DNA from: Eledone cirrhosa
Taxonomy: Eukaryota
Length of the DNA: 64,000 bases
Reading direction: 5' to 3'
Assembly: GCA_964016885.1 (NCBI GenBank)
Contig: OZ024753.1
Location: forward strand, 11,780,001 to 11,844,000
Made by a program: the position numbers and the translations under genes. The notes below the pieces were generated by a model. It did not search any database. It was not told where the DNA came from and saw only the letters and a list, made by a program, of their open reading frames with translations. Positions 1-12,808 of the stretch are shown one piece after another (the stretch's first letter is position 1; the number at the start of each line of letters is the position of its first letter).

Positions 1-372
1 TGGTGGTGGTGATGATGATGGTGGTGATGATGTTGATGGTGGTGATGATGTTGATGGTGGTGATGATGTTGATGGTGGTGATGATGTTGATGGTGGTGAT
101 GATGGTGGTGATGATGTTGATGGTGGTGATGATGGTGGTGGTGGTGGTGATGTTGGTGTTGATGGTGATGTTGGTGGTGGTGGTGATGTTGATGGTGGTG
201 GTGATGGTGGTGGTGGTGGTGATGGTGGTGGTGGTGGTGATGATGTTGGTGTTGATGGTGATGTTGGTGGTGGTGATGGTGGTGGTGGTGATGATGATGG
301 TGGTGGTGATGCTGGTGGTGGTGATGGTGGTGGTGGTGGTGATGATGTTGGTGGTGGTGATGTTGATGGTCA
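1..372. repeat. (GGT/GAT)n compound trinucleotide microsatellite
   Basis: Directly visible GGT/GAT/GTT triplet array; ORF 3..398 is its poly-V/M translation. Confidence 0.95.
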
Positions 373-448
373 TGATAACAAGTATGACTGACATTTGAAG
401 TATTACACACACACACACGTATATATGTATGTGTGTATGTGTACATTA

Positions 449-493
<45 letters not shown>

Positions 494-494
<1 letters not shown>

Positions 495-577
495 AGGGTG
501 GCCCCAAAAATGTTTACCCACTTCAACAGCATTCTAATAAAGGTAATCCAAGTGTGTATACATTTTTGGGGACACTG
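494..577. mobile_element. 84-bp Tc1/mariner-type MITE
   Basis: Left end CAGGGTGGCCCCAAAAATGTTTACCCACT and right end AGTGTGTATACATTTTTGGGGACACTG are imperfect terminal inverted repeats; TA on both sides (492-493, 578-579). Confidence 0.8.
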
Positions 578-815
578 TATAATATATATACATACATACA
601 TACATATACAGACATACATATACATATACATTCATATAGACATATATACACACAGTCATATACACGTAGACATACATACATATATATATATACACATATA
701 TATATATATATATACAGACATACATATATATATATACACATATATATATATATACAGACATACATACATATATATATATACAAATACATATGTACAGATA
801 TATAAATATATATAT
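578..815. repeat. (TA)/(CA) microsatellite
   Basis: Alternating TA/CA tract. Confidence 0.9.
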
Positions 816-847
816 CGTTATTGTTTTCTCTTTTAACTATAATTTAT

Positions 848-1014
848 ATAGGAAAAAGTATCACCCCGACGGCAGAGCTCAAGCCGTTTCGACGGCTATT
901 TCTGAGCTCTGCCGTCGGGGGTCATACTTTTTCCTATTTCCCACTACTACCCTAAGTTTTGAGTACTCTGGTGCTTCATGGTCTTTCTGGTTCCTTACCA
1001 CACTTCCTTTGTTA
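848..1014 (+). mobile_element. Family A short PLE-derived element, fold-back copy 1
   Basis: Inverted arms 848-881/903-937, then the conserved tail CCCTAAGT.TTGAGTACTCTGGTGC...GGTTCCTTACCACACTTCC shared with copies at 14813, 16321, 33445 and 54348. Confidence 0.75.
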
Positions 1015-1310
<296 letters not shown>

Positions 1311-1477
1311 AAAACCAAGAGAACAGCTAAAACAATAACTAGTCGATGATGAAACTTTTTTTTCTCACAGAACCGCATTATAAAAATCAAAAACAAAAAA
1401 AACAAAAACCAATATGTGTGTATGTATGTATATATGTGTGTATGTATATGTATATTTATATATATAAGTGCACTTAC

Positions 1478-1568
1478 CGAGGACTGTGGCAGGTGAGATG
1501 AATTTGAAATAAGCCAGGAACAGGTAAAACACTCCATAATTCCCTTTGCTTTGTAAAGTCGACCACAT
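1478..1568 (-). CDS. Candidate first coding exon encoding a signal-peptide-like N-terminus (MWSTLQSKGNYGVFYLFLAYFKFISPATVL-G)
   Basis: ATG at 1568, 30 codons plus 1 nt, then consensus donor G|GTAAGT (plus strand ACTTAC 1472-1477); unique sequence between microsatellites; hydrophobic core and phase-1 intron are typical of secreted or membrane proteins; no homolog recognised. Confidence 0.4.
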
Positions 1569-1675
1569 CGTCGTCCAGTGTAGAGTATATATGTGTGTAT
1601 ATGTCTAGATATACACACATACATATGCACTGATATTGAGAATATAGCATATATGTCTATATATATATATATATC

Positions 1676-1706
<31 letters not shown>

Positions 1707-1799
1707 ATGTATGGCTATTGTACAAATTTGTTTTGTGTGTAAGTTTATGTCAGTGCTTTTGTATGTATGCTTACACGCAAACGTTTAACTGAATTTATA

Positions 1800-1811
1800 A
1801 AATTGTGTATG

Positions 1812-1844
<33 letters not shown>

Positions 1845-2855
1845 GTGTTATATATATATATATATATTGTATATATAAATTTATATATATTGTATATATA
1901 AATATATATATATTATATATATAAATTTGTATATATTATATATATAAATTTATATATATTATATATATAAATTTATATATATTATATATATAAATTTATA
2001 TATATATTATATATATATATATATATATAATATATATATAAATGCATATGTATATATATATGTATGTGTGTGTATTTATATATATATATATGTATATATA
2101 TATTTGTGTGTGTTTGTATATATGTGTATATATATTTGTGTGTGTTCGTATATATGTGTATATATATTTGTGTGTGTTTGTATATATGTGTATATATATT
2201 TGTATATTTGTGTGTGTGTGTATATATGTGTATATATATTTGTGTGTGTTTGTATAAATGTGTATATATATTTGTGTGTGTTTGTATATATGTGTATATA
2301 TATTTGTGTGTTTGTATATTGGTGTATATATATTTGTGTGTGTTTGTATATATGTGTATATATATTTGTGTGTGTTTGTATATATGTGTATATATATTTG
2401 TATATTTGTGTGTGTGTTTGTATATATGTGTATATATATGTGTGTGTGTCTGTATATATGTGTATATATATTTGTGTGTGTTTGTATATATGTGTATATA
2501 TATTTGTGTGTGTTTGTATATATGTGTATATATATTTGTGTGTGTTTGTATATAGGTGTATATATATTTGTGTGTGTTTGTATATATGTGTATATATATT
2601 TGTGTGTGTTTGTATATATGTGTATATATATTTGTATATTTGTGTGTGTTTGTATATATATGTATATATATTTGTGTGTGTTTGTATATATGTGTATATA
2701 TATTTGTATATTTGTGTGTGTTTGTATATATGTGTATATATATTTGTATATTTGTGTGTGTTTGTATATATATTTGTGTGTGTTTGTATATATGTATATA
2801 TATTTGTGTATGTTTGTATATCTATATATACTGTGTGGTGTATGTATATATTTAG
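1800..2855. repeat. AT-rich compound satellite (TATATATTTGTGTGTGTTTGTATATATGTG-type ~30-bp units)
   Basis: Repeated degenerate unit visible from ~2090 to 2820. Confidence 0.9.
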
Positions 2856-3082
2856 CTGTGGGTTTGTATATTAAACCGCATGTCTCCCAGTCCTAGTATA
2901 GTCTCGTCCTTGCAGCCGATTGCTGTATGCAAACGCGTGTATAAATATATTTGAAAATATATCCTTATAAATAAGTGGTTGACTGTGTATATTTTGCTAC
3001 ACATGTGCAAAGATCTTCTTCTCTTAGTTTAGTCACTCATACTTACACATCATACTGCCTCTGAAACTCTCTCTGCTTCAGC

Positions 3083-3115
<33 letters not shown>

Positions 3116-3254
3116 TTAATCCATTGGTCTGTATACATGCACAATAACATCGCGCTCTCTCTCTATCATTCTCTCTCTCTCTCTCTTTCTCTCTTGCTTT
3201 CTGTCTTTATTACATAAATATACGCATGACTTTTCATGAGTCTATATATTATTG

Positions 3255-3326
3255 ACACGTGCGTGTATGTATGTATGTATGTGTGTATGTGTGTGTGTGT
3301 GTATGTGTGTACGTGTGTGTGTGTGT

Positions 3327-3365
<39 letters not shown>

Positions 3366-4251
3366 TGTGTGTGTGTGTGTGTGTACGTGTGTGTGTGTAC
3401 GTGAATGTATGTACGTGAGTGTATGTATGTATGTATGTAAGGTGTGAAAGTTTTCTATATATACCTGTGGTTATATTTTCCTAAGTGGATCTGTGAGTGT
3501 GTATGTGTGTGTACGTGTGTGTGTGTACGTATGTGTGTGTACGTGAGTGTATGTATGTATGTAAGGTGTGAACGTTTTCTATATATGCCTGTGGTTATAT
3601 TTTCCTAAGTGGATCTGTGTGTGTGTATGTGTAAGCACGCGTGCGTACGTACGTAAGTGTATATATTTGTATGTGTATGTATATGATCCAAAAAGGGATT
3701 CGAATTCAACCATACTAAAATGGCGTATATATCTATATATATATGGGTGTGTGTGTGTGTGTGTGTGTGTATTTATATTTATGATATACATATATATATA
3801 TGTATATAAAAGTATTTAAATATAATATATATATATGTATATATGTGTATGTATGTATATATAAATATATATATGTATGAGTATGTATATATAAATATAT
3901 ATATATATGTGAGTGTTTGTATATGTAAATATATATATATGTCTATATATGTGTGTGTGTGTATATATATATGTATGTCTATATGTGTGTGTATATATAT
4001 ATATATGTATATATGTGTGTGTATGTGTGTGTATATATGTGTGTGTGTAGATATATATGTCTGTATGTGTGTATATATATATGTCTATATGTGTGTGTAT
4101 GTGTGTATGTATATATATATATATATATGTGTGTGTGTGCGTGTATGCGAGTGTGTATATATATGTCTATATATGTGTATGTGTGTGTGTATATATATGT
4201 CTATATATGTGTATGTGTGTGTGTATATATATATATATATCTATATATGTA

Positions 4252-4282
<31 letters not shown>

Positions 4283-4297
4283 CTATATATATGTGTA

Positions 4298-4337
<40 letters not shown>

Positions 4338-4367
4338 TATATGTGTGTGTGTTTGTATGTGTAGATA

Positions 4368-4402
<35 letters not shown>

Positions 4403-4432
4403 GTCTATATGTGTGTGTGTCTGTGTGTCTAT
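3255..4432. repeat. (TG)/(TA) microsatellite field with a short direct duplication (~3411-3494 / ~3539-3618)
   Basis: GTAAGGTGTGAA.GTTTTCTATATAT.CCTGTGGTTATATTTTCCTAAGTGGATCTGTG occurs twice. Confidence 0.9.
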
Positions 4433-4779
4433 GTTTAATGCTACGTCGTCAACAATGTTTAAAACATACAGCAATTACGTATACGGCCGGGGAGATAGCA
4501 GAGAACTATTCACCACCTCGAACCAACCACCAACTAAACTCGGTGTTTAAACTATTGTGTTTTATATCACAGCAGCAGCAGCAGCCGCCCCACTACAGGC
4601 AGCTCACCAGCAGCAGCGGAAGCAGTACCGGTAGCAGCAGCAGCAGCAGCAAGAAGTAGAGAAACATTTCAGCAGCAGCAGCAGCACTAAGAACGACGAC
4701 ACCAGCAGCACTAACGAGAAGAGAAACAATGCTGAGGGTGCAGCAGCAGCACTAAGAACGACAACATCAGCAGCACTAA

Positions 4780-5575
4780 GAACAGCAGAAACAGTACCGT
4801 GGCTGCAGCAGCAACACTATGAACAGCAGAAACAGTACCGTGGCTGCAGCAGCTACAGCAGCAACACTAAGAACGGCAGAAACAGTACCGTGGCTGCAGC
4901 AGCTACAGCAGCAACACTAAGAACAACACAAGCAGTTCCGTGGCTGCAGCAGCTACAGCAGCAACACTAAGAACAGCAGAAACAGTACTGTGGCTGCAGC
5001 AGCTACAGCAGCAACACTAAGAACAACACAAGCAGTTCCGTGGCTGCAGCAGCTACAGCAGCAACACTAAGAACAACACAAGCAGTTCCGTGGCTGCAGC
5101 AGCTACAGCAGCAACACTAAGAACAACACAAGCAGTTCCGTGGCTGCAGCAGCTACAGCAGCAACACTAAGAACGGCAGAAACAGTACCGTGGCTGCAGC
5201 AGCTACAGCAGCAACACTAAGAACAACACAAGCAGTTCCGTGGCTGCAGCAGCTACAGCAGCAACACTAAGAACAGCAGAAACAGTACTGTGGCTGCAGC
5301 AGCTACAGCAGCAACACTAAGAACAACACAAGCAGTTCCGTGGCTGCAGCAGCTACAGCAGCAACACTAAGAACAACACAAGCAGTTCCGTGGCTGCAGC
5401 AGCTACAGCAGCAACACTAAGAACAACACAAGCAGTTCCGTGGCTGCAGCAGCTACAGCAGCAACACTAAGAACAACACAAGCAGTTCCGTGGCTGCAGC
5501 AGCTACAGCAGCAACACTAAGAACAACACAAGCAGTTCTGTGGCTGCAGCAGCTACAGCAGCACTAAGAACAAGA
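4780..5575. repeat. 50-bp minisatellite, ~15 copies
   Basis: Unit TGGCTGCAGCAGCTACAGCAGCAACACTAAGAACAACACAAGCAGTTCCG with three variants. Confidence 0.95.
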
Positions 5576-5699
5576 GAAACAGTTCTGCAGCATCGGCAGC
5601 TTCAGCAGCATCATCATCATCATCATTAACAGTTATCTCACCACCGAACATATCACATTCTCCACCCCCACCAGTCAACACTTGCAACTTACTGCATCA

Positions 5700-6844
5700 G
5701 CCACCACCACCACCGCATTAAGAAAAAAATAAACAAAACACTACTACTACCACTACTACTACTACTACTACAACCACTACTATTACCATTACAACTACTA
5801 CTACTATTACTACTACAACCACTACTATTACCATTACAACTACTACTACTACTACAACCACTACTATTACCATTACAACTACTACTACTACAACCACTAT
5901 TACCATTACAACTACTATTACCATTACAACTACTACTACCACTACCACAACCACTATTATTACCATTACAACTACTACTACTACTACTCCTACTACAACC
6001 ACTACTATTACCATTACAACTACTACTACTACTACAACCACTACTATTACCATTACAACTACTACTACAACCACTACTATTACCATTACAACTACTACTA
6101 CTACTACTACAACCACTATTACCATTACAAACACTACTATTACAACTACTACTACCACTACCACAACCACTATTATTACCATTACAACTACTACTACTAC
6201 TCCTACTACAACCACTACTATTACCATTACAACTACTACTACTACTACTACTACTACAACCACTACTATTACCATTACAACTTACTATTATCAACACCAC
6301 CGCATTAAGAAAAAACACTACTACCGATACAACCACTACTACTACTACTACTACTACAACCACTACTACTACAACTACAACCACTACTACTACAACCACT
6401 ACTACTACAACCACTACTACTACTATTATATTATAATTAACACCACCACCACTACATTAAGAAAAAAAACAAAACACTACTATTACCATTACTACTACCA
6501 CCACTATAACTACTACTACATTACCACTACTACTACTACATTACCACTACTACTACTACATTACCACTACAACTACTATTACTATTATCATTAACACCAC
6601 CACCACCACATTAAGAACAAAAAACAAAACACTACCACTACTATTACTACTACCACTACAACTACCACTATTACCACTACTAATACTACTACAACTACTA
6701 TTCTCATTAACGCCAATCGCCAGCATAACCACTAAAGGTAATAAAACCACCACCACTCATTAGATCGACTACCCCCAATACTAATTACTATCATAACTAC
6801 TTACAACATCATCACTTCCTCTACTACTACCACCTCCACTGCTG

Positions 6845-6879
<35 letters not shown>

Positions 6880-6956
6880 GCTGCTGCAACTACTGCCACT
6901 ACCGCCGCCACTAAAACTATTACAACCACTACTAGTCCCACAACAAGTAACACCAT

Positions 6957-6989
<33 letters not shown>

Positions 6990-7060
6990 CAACAATACTG
7001 ATAGTCCTACAACTACCACTACCACGTGTACTACTAGCACCACTATTAATAATAATAATA
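5700..7060. repeat. Degenerate (CTA/CCA/TTA)n trinucleotide array
   Basis: Directly visible. Confidence 0.9.
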
Positions 7061-7235
7061 ATAGTTTCTAATTTAGGCACAAGGCCAGCATTTTTGAGGG
7101 AGGGGGGTGTGTGCGAAGTCGATTAAATCGACACTAGTGCGTTACTGGTACTTTATTTTATCGACCCTGTAAGGATAAAATACAAAGCAAATATTGGCAG
7201 GATTTGAACTCAAAACGTAAAGGGACTAATTACTT
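7060..7235 (-). mobile_element. tRNA-derived SINE, family 1 (Nin/Deu-type core)
   Basis: Reverse complement of the B-box GAGTT..AATCC, core TCGATAAAATAAAGTACCAG and tail GCTGGCCTTGTGCC. Confidence 0.8.
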
Positions 7236-7357
7236 CAACTCATTATTACAATTATGGATACTTTCAACAAGATTCACTACCACTACTACCACTACTGCTA
7301 CTATAGCCACCACAACGACTACAATAACAACCACAACAAATACTAAAATACTATTCT

Positions 7358-7542
7358 AGGCAGTATCGGTAGAGGGTCGGACGCCATGCTTTGTAGCATA
7401 GAGTTAAGAACCTTTAACGTGTGAGTTCAAATCCCGCCGAGGTAAACTTTGCTTTTCATCCTTACGGGATCGATAAAATAAAGTACCAGTAATACATTGG
7501 GGGATAATTGCTGGCCTTGTGCCAAAAAGTAGAAACACTTAT
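7358..7542 (+). mobile_element. tRNA-derived SINE, family 1
   Basis: A-box-like GGCAGTATCGG, B-box GAGTTCAAATCC, core TTTCATCCTTACGGGATCGATAAAATAAAGTACCAG, tail TTGCTGGCCTTGTGCCAAAAAGTAGAAAC. Confidence 0.85.
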
Positions 7543-8051
7543 TTCTTATAAGTATCACTACCACCACAACTACTACAACCAACAACACTAAAAACAAGAA
7601 CAACAAAGTGACAGAGCCCTATAAGTGGTCACAACATCTGCCAGAAATAGCAGGCAAATTCCCATCAAATCCTCCTACAATATTTTGTGGTGGTTGTTGT
7701 TCTTTAAGTATGCATTGGATAATGTACTCTTTGATACACCGTGCCTGAATAAAATACGGGATGGGAATAATTATGGCAAGGTATCCTACCCGATTTGCAT
7801 TGTCTTCTAATTTAACCTCGACACAACAGTTTCATTTATTTCAGCTGATGTCACTTATAATGATGACGGTGATGATGATATGTAAGTTTGTTGTTGTTGT
7901 TATTTAACCCAGGGTCAGACGCCATAGATCTAACATGATCAATGTCTAGCCGCAACCAAGCCGGATTGTTTTTGTTTTTTTTCTTTTTGTAAGCAGAGAA
8001 CTAAGGACCACATTTCCAATGTTTTATTTGTCTAAAATTGTAAGTAGGGCG

Positions 8052-8552
8052 TGATGATGATAACCCTAACCCAAATACCAGTAATTCACTGGGGTAATTG
8101 CTGGCCTTGTGCCGAAAGTAGAAACATTTATGTAGTTTGCGATGATGATGATAACCCTAACACTAAGTATCAGTAATGCACTGGGGGTAATTGCTGGTCT
8201 TGTGCCGAAAGTAGAAACAGTTTAATTATGTAGTTTGTGATGATGTTAACCCTAACACTAAGTACCAGTAATGCACTGGGGGTAATTGCTGGCCTTGTGC
8301 CAAAAGTAGAAACAGTTTAATTATGTAGTTTGTGATGATGACGTTAACCCTAACACTAAGTACCAGTAATGCACTGGGGGTATTTGCTGGCCTTGTGCCG
8401 AAAGTAGAAACGTTTATGTAGTTTGCGATGATGATGTTAACCCTAACACTAAGTACCAGTAATGCACTGGGATAATTGCTGGCCTTGTGCCAAAAGTAGA
8501 AACAGTTTAATTATGAAGTTTGCGATGATGATGTTATGTAGTTTGTGATGAT
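8052..8552 (+). repeat. ~80-95-bp tandem repeat built from the SINE 3' tail, ~5-6 copies
   Basis: Unit GATGATGTTAACCCTAACACTAAGTACCAGTAATGCACTGGGGGTAATTGCTGGCCTTGTGCC.AAAGTAGAAAC. Confidence 0.9.
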
Positions 8553-8601
8553 CATGATATTGTTGTTAACGTTATTGTTGATATTGTTATTGCTGTTGAT
8601 A

Positions 8602-9012
8602 TAGGGCGGTGGATATGCAGTATCGGTAGAGGGTCGGACGCTATGCTTTGACGCATAGAGTTACGGCCCTTGCCCTTCTGAGTTCGAATCCCGCCGAGGT
8701 TAAGTTTGCCTTTCATCCTTACGGGGTCGATAAAATAAAGTACCAGTAATGTACTGGGTAATTGCTGGCCTTGTGCCACTAGTAGAACATTATTATTCCC
8801 GAGGTGAACTTTGCCTTTCATCCTTACGGGGTCGATAAAATAAAGTACCAGTAATACACTGGGGTAATTGCTGGCCTTGTGCCACTAGTAGAAACAATTA
8901 TTATTCCCGAGGTGAACTTTGCCTTTCATCCTTACGGGGTCGATAAAATAAAGTACCAGTAATACACTGGTGTAATTGCTGGCCTTGTGCCAAAAAGTAG
9001 AAACAATTATTG
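8602..9012 (+). mobile_element. Full family-1 SINE followed by two tandem copies of its 3' half
   Basis: GGGCGGTGG head, B-box GAGTTCGAATCC, then CCCGAGGTGAACTTTGCC...AGAAAC repeated twice. Confidence 0.85.
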
Positions 9013-9330
9013 CTGTTGATAATTGTTTTGTTATTGCTGTTAATATTCTCGTTGATGATGTTTCGATGTTGTTAATGTTGATATTTTTTTTTTTATTAAT
9101 GTTGTTTCGATATTGTTGTTGTTGTTATTGTTGTTAATGTTTCGATATTGTTGTTGTTGTTAATGTTCTTTTTGATATTGTTATTGTTGTTAATGTTGTT
9201 TCGATATTGTTATTGTTGTTAATGTTCTTTTTGATATTGTTGTTGTTAATGTTGTTTCGATATTGTTATTGTTGTTAATGTTCTTTTTGATATTGTTATT
9301 GTTGTTAATGTTCTTTTTGATATTGTTACG
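9012..9330. repeat. (GTT/ATT)-rich degenerate minisatellite
   Basis: GATATTGTTATTGTTGTTAATGTT units. Confidence 0.85.
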
Positions 9331-10112
9331 ATGTTATTGCAGTTGTAGTTCATATTCTTATATCGATGTTGTTATGGTTGCTGTTGTTAGTGTTGACGAC
9401 GATGATGCTGATGCTGCTGTTGGGGAAGTTATTTGCTTAGCCTCAAGTGAAACATGATCGAGTCCTACTGTTGCTGATGGTATAGAAAAAACCCTGTAAC
9501 ACAATTTGTATTATGTATATCTAGGAGTATATTATCCCATGTGTATTTTCCTTTCTTTTCAAAGCTCGCTATTATTTGTCTAGTATTTCTAGCAGTTTAA
9601 GCAACCAGGAATGAACTCCTATCTTGTGGATGTAGAATCTGCAGCTAGATATGCATGGTTCTGTTGTTGTTAAATAGTTGTACTACTACTACTTCTGTTA
9701 TTGTTTAGCTTCGTATTATTACGGATCGAGCATAGCATTGTAGCGGCTAGGGTTCTGTATTTAGGGCTACATGATAGTATTGCATAATATAATATAATAT
9801 AATATACCCCTATTTTAAATCTGCAGTGTCAGTATTAATCCACTGTCATTTTTAGCTGAATGACCAATCATTTTCTCGCGTTTGTTGTTGTTTAGCCTGC
9901 ATTTCAACGCTGTTTTAACCGGCTTATGATCAGAGAAAATATAGCCAGAGCGAGCCTCTCACTTTTAGGAATATACATGACTTGACTAACCAATGTGTCC
10001 GTATACAAAAGAAGCGGGTGAAATTCAAACAACAAACATAATTATATATTTCACAGACATTCTAAACAGGACTGGAGACATGGTAAAGCTTCTTCCTGTT
10101 TTTCTGTAAATT

Positions 10113-10285
10113 ATAATTGTTTCTACTTTTGGCACAAGGCCAGCAATTATCCCAGTGCATTACTGGTACTTTATTTTATCCACCTCGAAAGGACGAAAGG
10201 CAAAGTTGACCTAGGAGGGATTTAAACTCCGAAAGCAGAGAGCAGGAACGAATAGCGTAAAACATTCTATCGACTCGGCCAATAT
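10113..10285 (-). mobile_element. Family-1 SINE
   Basis: TTGTTTCTACTTTTGGCACAAGGCCAGCAATT...CTGGTACTTTATTTTATC is the reverse complement of the consensus. Confidence 0.85.
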
Positions 10286-10794
10286 AATTAGGTTAAGCCT
10301 TCCAGACAGTGGAAACTATAAAAACCCGAGTCCAAAAGCATCCTGGTCATGTCTGGCCCATTTTTTCTTTAATTTCAGAAATAATGCATTTGGTATTACA
10401 TTAAAATGTGTGCCCATACCTTCCGTTACTTTTAGAAAGTATGACAAGATATAAAGTAAATTTCCGTGTTAGCTTTCTTGGGACAAGTAACTACATATAG
10501 TTGCAATCGTTGTTGATGATGTTGGTGATGATGATGATGTTGGGGATGTTGGTGATGATGATGCTTTTCTAGACGAATTATTAGTGAAGTCAAAGAAGTA
10601 AACTTTAGTATTACAAGTACAATCCACACCTTTTATAGTATAGATATTGGTACTGTGCCACTAGTTTAAAGTAACACTAATATCAACTACGTTATCACAA
10701 TATAATAGAGTATCACTCTATATAACTTATATAATTATAGTACCATTAGTATAAACAAGATTGTGAATCCAATTCTCTAACCACTCAGCCACAC

Positions 10795-10982
10795 GCATTC
10801 ACGAATCTTGAGGTTGTGAGTTCGATTCCTTGACCGGGCAATGAGTTATGTCCTTGAACAAGACACTGTTTTTGCGTTGCTGCTCCTACCTGGAGTTGCG
10901 ACCGATAGATAGTACTAGCAACTGGAAAGACCAACGGAAACATTGTTTCCTCGGTCCGATTTGACGAAAGTCTATCGATCCT
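10795..10982 (+). mobile_element. tRNA-derived SINE, family 2 (CORE-like)
   Basis: B-box GAGTTCGATTCC, CORE-like TGTCCTTGAACAAGACACT; tail matches the inverted copy at 24198-24378. Confidence 0.75.
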
Positions 10983-11199
10983 AGTATAAACAATAGTCTT
11001 GCGAGTATGATGAATCTCACCACTAGAATATATTATACTATCACATGTATAAACTATAGTATCACTACTATAAACTATATTACAAAAGTCTCGTATCTGT
11101 TAACAGATACTAGTATAACTAATTAAAACTATTGTATGACTAGTAACAATTAGTCAATCAGAAGAAACAATTAGTGAATCAATATTATAAAGAATATTC

Positions 11200-11555
11200 A
11201 GAGAATTGGCGGTATCGGTGGAGCGTCGGACATGTTTATGGAATATAGTTACGGCCATTTCGATCTGAGTTCAAATCATGCCGAGGTTAACTTTGCCTTT
11301 GGTCTGTCTTTATAGGGTTGATAAAATTAAGTACCAGTAGTGCCCTGGGGTCGATTTAATCTTCTAGAGAGTGAGAGAATGGAAGTGAGAAAGGGATAGA
11401 GGAAGAGTCGAAGGCAGTACTTGACTGGTACATTTATTATCGATCTCGTGTCGATGACAAGCAAGTGTGACCTCGGCGGGATTAGAACTCAGGATTTGAA
11501 CAACGATACGAAAGTAATACCGGAAAGCATTCTATCCGGCTACTATCATACCGCT
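11200..11555. mobile_element. Two diverged family-1 SINEs tail-to-tail (+ 11200-11365; - 11415-11555)
   Basis: TGGCGGTATCGG/GAGTTCAAATC/GATAAAATTAAGTACCAG on plus; complementary motifs on minus. Confidence 0.7.
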
Positions 11556-11939
11556 AGTATAAATTATAATAACTTTAGTTGAAAAAATCTCTAGCCTCAT
11601 CACATGTCAATATTCTAGTAATGATGTGAATCTGTAGTTCTGTTTGTGTTCTCCGCCGCAGTATTATCAAAATACATCTGCCCCAAATAACTTCGTGTAC
11701 ATTTGGGAGGTGAAAACTGCAATCCAAAGAATACATTCTGTTATTTCAACAAATCGGAAATGTCATTTCCAGCTATTCATGAAAGGAAGACAATGCATAG
11801 AAAGTACATATAGGTGCAACATCAACCACAAAAGCGTACAAACGAAAACAGACACACACATACACACACACACACGTACATACATACATACATACATACG
11901 TACACACACACATACATAAAAGTCTTGACAAAGTCGTGA

Positions 11940-12435
11940 ACATATCGGATATAGGAAGCTTTGCGGCATTCGTTCCGATTCTCTGTACTCTGATTTCAAA
12001 TCAGGCCGAGATCAACTTCGCCGTTCATTATTTCGGGTTGGCAGTTTCTGTAGAGGGTCGGACACCATGCTTTGTAGTATAGTTTTATAGACCTTTATGA
12101 TCTGATTTCAAATCCCGCCGAGGTTAACTTTGCCTTTCATCCTTACGGGGTCGATAAAATAAAGTACCAGTAATGCACTGGGGTAATTGCCGGCCTTGTG
12201 CCAAAAATAGAAACAATTATTACTGTTGGTGGATTGGCAGTATCGGTAGAAGGTTGGACGCCATGCTTTGCAGCATAGAGTTACGTCTCTTTACGATTTG
12301 AGCTCAAATCCCGCCGTGGTTAATTTTGCCTTTCATCCTTACGGGATTGATAAAATAAAGTACCAGTAATGCACTGGAGTAATTGCCGGCCTTGAGCCAA
12401 AAATAGAAACAATTATTTCGAGGTCGATAAAATAA
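11940..12435 (+). mobile_element. Head-to-tail cluster of three family-1 SINEs
   Basis: Cores near 12000, 12120 and 12320 with A/B boxes and 3' tails. Confidence 0.85.
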
Positions 12436-12770
12436 GTTCAACGTCAGTACTGGTAATGTTTCTTTCATTATATCTATAACTCATTTCATCTCTATCACAC
12501 TTTTACATTTTCTGGAAGAAACCGGGTGGATATGGAAGGGCACCTCCAGTTATAAAAGGCAGAAAATCAACACCGCTCCCCAACTTTTCCAACAGGAGGT
12601 ATTAGGCCCCACATGCATTCTTAAACTCATGTATATATCTCATCTATAACGTACACATATGATCACTCCAAACACATTTAAAGACGTACACACAGATGTG
12701 TGTGGTGTGATGTGGTGTGGTGTGGTGTGGTGTGTGTGTGTATATATATATATATATATTTGTTTTCTAT

Positions 12771-12808
12771 GCTCTTGAGAAGCCCTTTTCGGGCGAAACG
12801 TACGTAGG
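12771..12808 (+). ncRNA. Minimal type I hammerhead-like motif, U3-A8 variant (family C element ~12760-12870)
   Basis: TTGAGAA-GCCC-TTTTC-GGGC-GAAAC-GTAC-GTA; a second copy at 54274-54310 (-) keeps stem II with a different loop; stem I is weak. Confidence 0.6.

Noticed and set aside
4780-5575. CRISPR-like periodicity (also 8052-8552 and 38303-39860)
   Set aside because: No unique spacers, no cas genes, eukaryotic context
7358-7542. tRNA genes suggested by A/B boxes
   Set aside because: The boxes belong to multi-copy SINE heads with no full cloverleaf
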